The notes under the pieces: model-generated
Databases searched by the model: none
Told to the model about the DNA's origin: nothing
The model's input: the letters and a program-made list of their open reading frames with translations, nothing else
Shown here: positions 57,748 to 64,000 of the stretch, piece after piece
Layout of the letters: every line of letters starts with the position of its first letter
How positions within the stretch are numbered: position 1 is the first letter of the stretch
Source: an uncultured Prevotella sp.
Lineage (GTDB): Bacteria > Bacteroidota > Bacteroidia > Bacteroidales > Bacteroidaceae
Length of the DNA stretch: 64,000 nt
Assembly (NCBI GenBank): GCA_905234815.1
Contig: CAJOIX010000001.1
Span: 52,603 to 116,602 of the forward strand
Direction: 5' to 3'
Position numbers and translations under genes: made by a program

Positions 57748-57966
57748 TCAGTTGTTTTCGTCGTCGTCATCGTCGTCGTAGGAGATTTGCTGGCGCTTTT
57801 CCCAGATAATGAGCAAGCGCTCCACTACCAGCAGGATGATGAAAATGCCTGCCGAGAGGGCCAGCGAGCCGCTGCGCGTCATGCCCAGTGCACGGGTCAG
57901 AATCAGCAGACCGACAGCCACGATAATATACACGAAAAACTGAAACCAGTTGAATTTTTCCTTCAT
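57748..57966 (-). CDS. Small two-TM protein with acidic tail
   Basis: Two hydrophobic helices, DDDDDE tail; first gene of operon behind -7 TAAATTTG. Confidence 0.7.
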   Translation of the reverse strand: MKEKFNWFQFFVYIIVAVGLLILTRALGMTRSGSLALSAGIFIILLVVERLLIIWEKRQQISYDDDDDDENN

Positions 57967-58106
57967 ACGAGTGTTTAATTTTGGTAATTCGATACAAATT
58001 TACGCAAATGCTGCCTAACGGCAAAATCTTTTTTCGCGGTGCAGTTGTGAGGTGTATTTCTTGGTTTTCTAACCAGTTGAATTTCTGGATGTTATGTTTC
58101 CTGTTT

Positions 58107-58189
58107 CAAAAGCTATGCTTTTAGGCTCCAAAAGCTATGCTTTTACAACGCAAAAGCTATCCTTTTGGCGGGCAAAAGGATAGCTTTTG
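58107..58189. repeat. 22-bp-period ladder, copy E (4 units)
   Basis: Units at 58108, 58130, 58152, 58174; centres CTATG, CTATG, CTATC, GATAG. Confidence 0.9.
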
Positions 58190-58260
58190 AAATTCCGGGC
58201 GATAAGACCTTGTCGGCGGAACAGTTTTTTGTGTGTTTTTTAGTGCGTGAGAAGAACTTT

Positions 58261-61167
58261 TTAATAGCCGAATACTTCCTCGAGCGAGATGCGCCGCACG
58301 GGTGCGATTTTCTCCAGCGCCTCGATGTCGAGATTCTTCTCATCGCCAAGGATGAGGTAGCGCATGGGCTTGTTGGCCATGTTAGCCTTTTCGAAGTTTA
58401 CAATGTCCGAAAGCTGCAGTGAGGGCAGCTGTTCGTAGATTTTCTGGTTCAGGCTGCAGTTGATTCCGAGTCGCTTGGCAGCGAGGTAAGCGTTGATGAT
58501 GGAGAATTTTGTGGTGCGCTGCGATGCGATGGACTTGGCGATGGCATCCTTAGAAATTTGGAAGGCTGTTTCGCTGGCAGGCAGCTCGTTGAGAATCTCG
58601 TGGAACACGCGTATGCAGTCGAGCATCTTGTCGTTTTGTGAGATGATATGGGTGTAGAACGACTCTTTCTCGCCAGCCTTTCCCGGGCGCTGATAGCGTG
58701 CCGATGCGTTATAGGCCAGTCCGCGTGCCTCGCGCAGTTCTTGGAAGACGATGCCGTTCATGCCTCCGCCGAAGTATTCGTTGAAGAGTCGAATGGTGGC
58801 AGCCTCGTTAATGTTCCAGTCGCGGTTTTCGTTGTGGAACATACGCATATAGATGTTCTTGGCATCGTAGGGTGCGAGCCATACCTCGTTTTGGTTGGCG
58901 AGTTGCTTCACGTAGGGCTTGTTCTCGCGTGCAGGCAGCAGTTTCTTGGCAGTTGGGTGCTGCTTGCTGACAACTGCAGCAAGATCCTTGACCGAGAGGG
59001 GTCCGTAGTAGAGCACGGTGTGCTGGTACTGCTTCAGGTTTTTGATGAGGTCGATGAGGGCTTGAGGGTTGGTGGTCTTCATCTCTTCCTCGCTCAGGTT
59101 GTTGCGCACGGAGTTGTAGGGCCCGTAAACACCGTAGGTGAACAGGGCGTCGAAGCAGGCGCGCTGGTTCTTCTTTTCGTCGGCGCGGGCTTTGAGCCAG
59201 AGTTCCACATCCTTGTTGTAGGCATCCTGGTCAACGGTGGCGCTCTGCAGGAAGTTTTCCAGGAGCGCCAGTGCTTCGGGCATGGATTCGTTCAAGCCGG
59301 AGAGCGAGATGTTGATGGCATCGTCGCCCACACCTACTTGATAGGAGCAAGCCAGCTGGTAGAATTTCTCTTTCAGTTCTGTGGCGCTGTATTTGTCTGT
59401 GCCGAGATAGTTGAGATAGTCGGCGGCGAGCTCTAAGCGCTTGTCGGCCTGCTGTCCGAACTCGAAGCGGAACACGAGGTTGAAGAGGTCGTTTTCGGTG
59501 TTTTGCTTGTAGATGACGGGCAGTCCCTTCTTGGTCTTGGCAAAGGTGAGTTCCTTCTGGAAGTCAACAAATGCGGGGAGGATGGGTTCTACCTTGGCGT
59601 TCTGCACATCCTTGACAAATTGCGACATGAGGTCGCGGTTGGAGGGAATGGGGGTGATGGCGGGTTTGTCAATTTTCTTTTGGCTTTCGTCGATGCCTTG
59701 TTTCTTGTAGATGGCGACATAGCCCGGGGTGAAGAACTTATTGGCAAAGGCGACGACGTCGGCTTTAGTTATCTTTGCCATGCGGTCGAGCTCGTGGACG
59801 GCATCTTCCCAACTTTCTTCGTTGATGAAAGCATCGACGAACTTGTCGGCGCGATTTTCGTTGCTATCGAGCGAGCGGAGGAAATCCAGTTTTTCGTTCT
59901 TGATGATGGCCGGTATGAGTTCGTCGGAGAACTCGCCGCGCTTGAGTTTTTCAATCTCTTCAAACAGCAGGGCTTTCACTTCGTCGAGTGTCTGGCCCTC
60001 TTTGGGTTGACCAATGAGGATGAATCCGCCGAGGTCGTGCATCAACTCCTCAGAAGCACCAGCCCCTTGCAGTTTCATCTGCTGATTCAAATCAAGGTCG
60101 AAGAGTCCGGTGCGGCCGTTGGAAAGCACACTGCTCATGAGCTTCAGTGTGTCGGCTTGGGCCGATATTGCATTCTCTGCACGCCAGCCAAGCCAGATTT
60201 GCTCGGCCTCCTGACCAATCACGATGCTGTCGGTGGGCTGGGTGAGCGCAGGCAGTGGGGCGAATTTAGGCTGTTGCACATCGGCGCCGGGCTGCCAGGC
60301 GGAGAAGTACTTGTCGATGATGGCGATGGTCTTGTCGAAGTCGAGGTCGCCAGCCATACATACGGCCACATTGTTCGGGCGGTACCACTTGTTGAAGTAG
60401 TTCTTGATGTTCACAATCGAAGGGTTCTTCAGGTGTTCCTGTGTGCCGATGGTCGATTGTGTGCCGTAGGGGTGGTTAGGCCAGAGCTTGGCGGTGAAGG
60501 CTTGGAAGAGTTTCAGCTGGTCGCTGGCCAAACCGATATTGTATTCCTCATATACGGCTTCGAGCTCGGTGTGGAAACCGCGAATCACCATGTTCTGGAA
60601 GCGATCGGCCTGGATTTTTGCCCAGTTGTCAATCTCGTTGGAGGGGATGTCCTCGGTGTAGCAGGTAACATCGTTCGATGTATAGGCATTGGTTCCTTTC
60701 GCACCGATGGCAGCCATGAGCTTGTCGTACTCGTTGGGGATAAAGTATTGGGCGGCAATTTGGCTGATGGAGTCGATTTCGTGATATTTCTGTCGGCGCA
60801 GCTCGGGGTCGGTGATGAGGCGATATTCCTCGTAGCGCTTTTCAATCTCGTTGAGTAGCGGAGCCTCGGCAGCGGGATTGTTGGTACCAAACTGCTTGGT
60901 CCCTTTGAACATGAGGTGCTCCAGATAGTGAGCGAGACCGGTTGTTTCGGCGGGATCGTTCTTTGAACCAGTGCGCACAGCAATATAAGTCTGTATGCGG
61001 GGCCGTTCTTTATTTACCGAGAGATAGACTTTCAGTCCATTGTCGAGCGTGTAGATGCGAGCCTGCATAGGGTCGCCCTTCACGGTTTCATACTTGTAGT
61101 CCTTGGCGCTTGCAGAAAGGATGAAGAGGCAAGCAGCCAGCAGCAAAAGAAATTTGTTTGTTTTCAT
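58261..61167 (-). CDS. Secreted M16 family zinc peptidase
   Basis: Signal peptide; GLAHYLEHLMFKG, NAYTS, LREARGLAY. Confidence 0.93.
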   Translation of the reverse strand: MKTNKFLLLLAACLFILSASAKDYKYETVKGDPMQARIYTLDNGLKVYLSVNKERPRIQTYIAVRTGSKNDPAETTGLAHYLEHLMFKGTKQFGTNNPAAEAPLLNEIEKRYEEYRLITDPELRRQKYHEIDSISQIAAQYFIPNEYDKLMAAIGAKGTNAYTSNDVTCYTEDIPSNEIDNWAKIQADRFQNMVIRGFHTELEAVYEEYNIGLASDQLKLFQAFTAKLWPNHPYGTQSTIGTQEHLKNPSIVNIKNYFNKWYRPNNVAVCMAGDLDFDKTIAIIDKYFSAWQPGADVQQPKFAPLPALTQPTDSIVIGQEAEQIWLGWRAENAISAQADTLKLMSSVLSNGRTGLFDLDLNQQMKLQGAGASEELMHDLGGFILIGQPKEGQTLDEVKALLFEEIEKLKRGEFSDELIPAIIKNEKLDFLRSLDSNENRADKFVDAFINEESWEDAVHELDRMAKITKADVVAFANKFFTPGYVAIYKKQGIDESQKKIDKPAITPIPSNRDLMSQFVKDVQNAKVEPILPAFVDFQKELTFAKTKKGLPVIYKQNTENDLFNLVFRFEFGQQADKRLELAADYLNYLGTDKYSATELKEKFYQLACSYQVGVGDDAINISLSGLNESMPEALALLENFLQSATVDQDAYNKDVELWLKARADEKKNQRACFDALFTYGVYGPYNSVRNNLSEEEMKTTNPQALIDLIKNLKQYQHTVLYYGPLSVKDLAAVVSKQHPTAKKLLPARENKPYVKQLANQNEVWLAPYDAKNIYMRMFHNENRDWNINEAATIRLFNEYFGGGMNGIVFQELREARGLAYNASARYQRPGKAGEKESFYTHIISQNDKMLDCIRVFHEILNELPASETAFQISKDAIAKSIASQRTTKFSIINAYLAAKRLGINCSLNQKIYEQLPSLQLSDIVNFEKANMANKPMRYLILGDEKNLDIEALEKIAPVRRISLEEVFGY

Positions 61168-61209
61168 TTATTTAAAGAGTTGTGGATTGTGTGTGTGAAG
61201 GGTGTTGCA

Positions 61210-63063
61210 TTATTTCTTTTCGTCTTCAAATTCGATTTCGCGGTCGAGTTGTCCGAGGAACTTGTCGAGCACCTCGGGGTCCACATCGCCAAGTTCAAAT
61301 TCTTTCTCGGCATCCTTTCGAATCTCTGCTATCCAGGCGCGGCGGGCTGTGATGTAGTCTTTCTTGACCTGTGCAGCCACTTCAGGTGTGATTTCGGAGA
61401 CACCGTAGTATTCCTGAATCATGCGATACGTCCAAGCCCAGCGGTATTCGCTGTAGTTTTTGTGAATCTCCTGGAAGCGTTGGAGCACCTGGCGGATGTC
61501 GCTGAGCTCACCATTTTCAATGTCGTTGATGAGTCGCTGCTCTTCGCTTTGTGGGAGGAGCAGACCCGAGAGGTCGTTCCACTGGCCTAGACCAGCTTCG
61601 TTAGTGGGCTTTTCGAGTGCGTGGCGCTTCAGCACGGCTCCCATGTATATGCGCAGTGCAATGTCGTAATACTTGATGCCTTTGCGCAGCGAGGATGCTT
61701 TGATTACGTATTCGTGATAGTTGTAGGTGGAAACATTGTCGCCAGATGCTGCCCGAAGCTGTTCGAGAATTTCTTTTCCTTCGAGAATTTCACCAACGGA
61801 GAAAGGTGAGAGCCAGTCGAAATTGACGATTGACTTCTGGCCGCTGACGGGTCGTGCATCGCGATTCGGCCATTTCCGGATGTCGCGATAGAGTCCCACG
61901 GTGGTGAGGTTGCGCCCTGGCACGAGGTACATCGTGTCGTTGTAGGCGATGAGATAGGCGAAAGGCAGGCGTCGGGTGTCGGGGTGGTACATCAGTTTTC
62001 CGAAGCATACGCTGAATGTTCCAATCTTAGCCGGCATGAGAACGTAGGCGCCAGATGCGGTTTTCGTGCCGCGCTCGAGCACTCCATAGTGCATGGGTCC
62101 CATCTTGTAGGCGTGATTGGAGAAGTTGGTGTTGGAGCCGGCATTGTAGAACGAGAACTCGGCGCCAATCAGGAGCGAGCACTTGTGGTGTGAGGCGCTG
62201 AACGGTCCGCAGAAAGCAGCGCAGGCTTCACCGTTGGCCATAAACGAATTGGCGAAGAATACGCTCGCTTCGGCAGTGAAGCCATTGGTGATTTGGCAGG
62301 CTTCGCCCACGAAGCAGTTTTCAATCTTGGCCGAATTGAGCACTTTCGTACCGTTGCAGATGATGGAATTTTCGCAGATTACACCACTGCCTATCACTAC
62401 TGGCGCACCCTGTACGCTCTTGATGGAGCAGTTAGACAAGCGTGTGGCGCCCTCAATTCTGCACCCTTCGTTGATGTGAGTGTTGATAATCATCGAGGAA
62501 TTGATGATGCGCACGTTGTTGCCAATGACGCCATGCTTTGGCGTTGTGCGTTCAATCTCTTCCTTGATGAGTGCAGAGAGTTTTGCAATCAGAGGTTTGT
62601 TTTTCTCGTGTTTAACCATGAAGGCGGCCAGTTGTGAGGTGAGCCCGTCGAAGAGCATCACGTTGCCATCGCCCACTTCGTTGAGCACGGAGATGGTCTG
62701 TCCCTGGCCGAAGTTGGCTTGGGCATTGGTTTCGAGCAGATTCACATTCGTAATCACGCTGTGTTCGCCAATGGTGTAGTTGTTGATGCGGTTGCCGATT
62801 TTCTCAATCAGGCAGTTGTCGCCAATGGTGACGTTGCGCAGGGTAGCATTTTGGACACCGCTATGTTTTTGAAAATCATCGCTGAGGGGAATCATTTCGT
62901 CGAATCGGCCCATGTGTATGGTGCCATAGAATTCAACGTTTCGCACGTAGTCCGGCTTGAAACCATCGGTTACAAACACTTGCTGCCAGTCTTCGGCTGT
63001 GCAGTTTTGTTGTTGGAGCTGAAGTTTTTCTTCGTTGGTAAGAAGTCGATAATTTGTTTCCAT
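61210..63063 (-). CDS. DUF4954-like protein (left-handed beta-helix repeats)
   Basis: YRLLT, NEVGDG, NGEACAAFCGPFSASHHK, NAGSNTNFSNHAYKMGP. Confidence 0.8.
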   Translation of the reverse strand: METNYRLLTNEEKLQLQQQNCTAEDWQQVFVTDGFKPDYVRNVEFYGTIHMGRFDEMIPLSDDFQKHSGVQNATLRNVTIGDNCLIEKIGNRINNYTIGEHSVITNVNLLETNAQANFGQGQTISVLNEVGDGNVMLFDGLTSQLAAFMVKHEKNKPLIAKLSALIKEEIERTTPKHGVIGNNVRIINSSMIINTHINEGCRIEGATRLSNCSIKSVQGAPVVIGSGVICENSIICNGTKVLNSAKIENCFVGEACQITNGFTAEASVFFANSFMANGEACAAFCGPFSASHHKCSLLIGAEFSFYNAGSNTNFSNHAYKMGPMHYGVLERGTKTASGAYVLMPAKIGTFSVCFGKLMYHPDTRRLPFAYLIAYNDTMYLVPGRNLTTVGLYRDIRKWPNRDARPVSGQKSIVNFDWLSPFSVGEILEGKEILEQLRAASGDNVSTYNYHEYVIKASSLRKGIKYYDIALRIYMGAVLKRHALEKPTNEAGLGQWNDLSGLLLPQSEEQRLINDIENGELSDIRQVLQRFQEIHKNYSEYRWAWTYRMIQEYYGVSEITPEVAAQVKKDYITARRAWIAEIRKDAEKEFELGDVDPEVLDKFLGQLDREIEFEDEKK

Positions 63064-63085
63064 GCCTATTGAAATTGTAGTTTGT

Positions 63086-64000
63086 TTATGCTTCAAATTC
63101 GTAAAGAAAATCGTTGTAGGGATATTTTTGCACGTGAAGTTGGCGCACGCGGCTATAGATGGCATTGCGGAACTCGTCTAAGTTCTCTCGCTCCCGTGCA
63201 GAAATGAAGATGCAGTTGTCGTCGAGACGGGCCATCCAGGTTTCCTTCAGTCGGTCGATATCTATATTCTCTCGCGTTTCGGGCGTGAGGTCGTCGGCTT
63301 CTTTTTCTACCCACTGATAGGCGTCAATCTTGTTGAAGACAATCATCGAGGGCTTGTCGGCACATCCGAGATCGGCCAGCGTCTTTTCCACCACCTGTAT
63401 TTGTTCTTCAAAATCGGGATGGGAAATATCTACAACGTGGAGCAGGAGGTCGGCTTCGCGCACCTCGTCGAGTGTAGATTTGAAGGAGTCAACCAGATCG
63501 GTGGGCAGTTTGCGGATGAATCCAACGGTGTCGGCCAGGAGGAAAGGGAGATTTTCCACTACCACCTTGCGCACGGTTGTGTCGAGGGTGGCAAAGAGTT
63601 TGTTTTCGGCAAACACGTCGCTCTTGGAGAGGAGGTTCATGATGGTCGATTTGCCTACGTTGGTATATCCCACGAGTGCCACGCGGATGAGTCGCCCGCG
63701 GTTCTTGCGCTGTGTGGTTTTCTGCTTGTCTATTTCCACAAGGCGTTCTTTCAGCAGCGAGATACGCTGGCGAATGATGCGCTGGTCCATTTCCAACTGT
63801 GTTTCGCCTGGTCCGCGCAGACCTACCGAACCTTTTCCTCCGCCGCTGCCGGAGCCGCCACCTTGTCGTTCCAAGTGAGTCCAGAGCCGCTGCAAACGTG
63901 GCAACATATAGCGATACTGTGCCAGTTCTACTTGTGTTTTTGCTGCTGCTGTTTGGGCACGCATGGCGAAAATGTCGAGAATGAGCGAGGTACGGTCGAG
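63086..64000 (-). CDS. hflX: Ribosome-splitting GTPase HflX (5' part outside window)
   Basis: DRTSLILDIFA, RGPGETQLE, GYTNVGKST, LFATLD, DTVGFI, NKID. Confidence 0.97.
   Translation of the reverse strand, partial: LDRTSLILDIFAMRAQTAAAKTQVELAQYRYMLPRLQRLWTHLERQGGGSGSGGGKGSVGLRGPGETQLEMDQRIIRQRISLLKERLVEIDKQKTTQRKNRGRLIRVALVGYTNVGKSTIMNLLSKSDVFAENKLFATLDTTVRKVVVENLPFLLADTVGFIRKLPTDLVDSFKSTLDEVREADLLLHVVDISHPDFEEQIQVVEKTLADLGCADKPSMIVFNKIDAYQWVEKEADDLTPETRENIDIDRLKETWMARLDDNCIFISARERENLDEFRNAIYSRVRQLHVQKYPYNDFLYEFEA

Noticed and set aside
9624-58189. 22-bp ladders as mini-CRISPR arrays
   Set aside because: Spacers are only 7 bp, unit orientation flips within arrays, and there are no cas genes or leader.
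37683-58422. ORFs containing KAMLL/KSYAF/KRIAF (37683, 48706 extension, 58143, 58165)
   Set aside because: These are translations of the ladder repeat, not proteins.

Overview
Chromosomal segment of a Bacteroidales bacterium, most likely Prevotellaceae. This assignment rests on TTTG-N19-21-TAnnTTTG sigma-ABfr promoters, a T9SS porW/porX locus, rpmB-rpmG-DUF4295 and a GDE-GT4-GH57 glycogen operon. Most of the window is housekeeping: aroA, tsaE, tdk, tRNA-Lys, dnaE, trxA, lplA, aspA, trmO, phoH, menG, aroE, rlmH, radA, queH, miaA, gap, mscL, amgK/murU-like genes, an M16 peptidase and hflX. The porW/porX run continues into an envelope-modification cassette: a pEtN transferase, two AT3 acyltransferases, a UbiA-type polyprenyl-phosphate phosphoribosyltransferase, a HAD phosphatase and GtrA. 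There are two accessory regions. One is a small AT-rich islet after tRNA-Lys with a stand-alone WYL-like protein. The other spans about 34.9-40.8 kb and is rich in non-coding structure: a 76-bp palindrome; a ~340-nt leader with two long hairpins whose loops are complementary (kissing-loop candidate); a 14-bp-TIR MITE-like unit; a promoter plus 5'-CDS duplicate of the glycogen operon; and a uORF/hairpin leader driving an unannotated YxxP peptide and a fimbrillin/CLec-like lipoprotein. Two further non-coding items stand out: five intergenic ladders of a 15-bp quasi-palindrome with exact 22-bp period and compensatory changes, and a probable operator-controlled ~140-nt sRNA upstream of radA. I saw no CRISPR array, integrase, transposase or reverse transcriptase. 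All family calls come from motif recognition by eye, not database searches.
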